Of a DNA stretch of 64,000 bases, positions 63,379 through 64,000 are shown one piece after another. The stretch comes from Epiperipatus broadwayi (lineage: Eukaryota > Animalia > Onychophora): NCBI GenBank assembly GCA_028023455.1, contig JAQFVV010000006.1, positions 15,872,001-15,936,000 of the forward strand. Direction: 5' to 3'. The position numbers and the translations under genes were made by a program. The notes beneath the pieces are model-generated. The model saw only the letters and a program-made list of their open reading frames with translations, was not told the origin of the DNA and ran no database searches. The first letter of the stretch is position 1; each line of letters starts with the position of its first letter.

Positions 63379-64000
63379 TCAGAACTTTTTATAATATTAT
63401 TGTACAATTTATTCATTAACTTATCCATTATCAAAATGTAATCACTATTTATTACTAATAAATTTTTTTGTTGAAATGAATATCTTAGATTTTTTTCTAA
63501 TGTACTAGAATGAATCATTAAATGAGAAAAATAAGAAAACTTCAATCTGGTTATTTTACCATCAAGTCAGAATTTAGATCTAATCTAATATAAGTAAGTA
63601 TTCAGTTGTTGTTGTTTTTTATTGCTGATGAATTTTTGAGAAATTTTCAGTAGAAACACTATTTAAAAGCATTAATATTTTTTTATTCTTTTGGTTTTAT
63701 TATCCATATTTCATATCCTTGGAAATTTCTAGGAAATGCCTCATCTTTAACAGTTCTAATCTTCATTTTAAAACTATATCCCTTCACCAAAAATCCATAC
63801 TAGGTTTATTTTGCTTTGCATTAGTCTATCAAAAATCTCTTTGCCAACTGGATATTATGGATAAATAAGCAATCTGAAAGAAATACAACAATTATGAACT
63901 GCATTTTTTTTATTACATTATTTCCCCATTGCACAACTGTGGCTAGCATGTTTCTTGTACATTTGGACTTTCAAAAAGATTATCATTTCAATGCCTTTTT

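Noticed and set aside
63625-63657. CTGATGA...GAAA hammerhead-like boxes
   Set aside because: Neither stem I nor stem II forms. The same applies to the CUGAUGA hits on the minus strand near 9333 and 11463.

Overview
An AT-rich, largely CpG-depleted eukaryotic window, probably from an invertebrate, made almost entirely of repeats. I could not identify any host protein-coding gene. The only long ORF (60538-63135) is ORF1 of an L1/Tx1-type non-LTR retrotransposon whose ORF2 breaks off after 78 codons. The main unexplained signal is a dense population of minimal type I hammerhead ribozymes (HHR) in two families of short non-coding mobile repeats. Family A (at least 14 copies) usually forms fold-back elements with inverted 3' ends, a ~40-50 nt tail on one side only and, where resolvable, 11-18 bp target-site duplications (TSDs). 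Family B (at least 6 copies) couples an HHR to tRNA-like A/B boxes and includes a tandem pair whose two intact ribozymes would release a 477-nt RNA. Two Penelope-like element (PLE) remnants (RT C-terminus plus GIY-YIG) are also present. One is a ~2-kb palindrome with the same one-sided-tail architecture and its own variant HHR (U3-A8), so families A and B may be non-autonomous, PLE-mobilised 'retrozyme-like' elements. Also present: several RTE-type LINE fragments (one 5'-inverted), Ingi/Vingi-like and zinc-knuckle LINE ends, a 1.8-kb solo LTR, a hAT MITE with 8-bp TSD, a hAT transposase relic, a short tRNA-derived SINE (4 copies), a 51-bp minisatellite and microsatellites. All structures and alignments were read by eye; no folding, alignment or database search was run.
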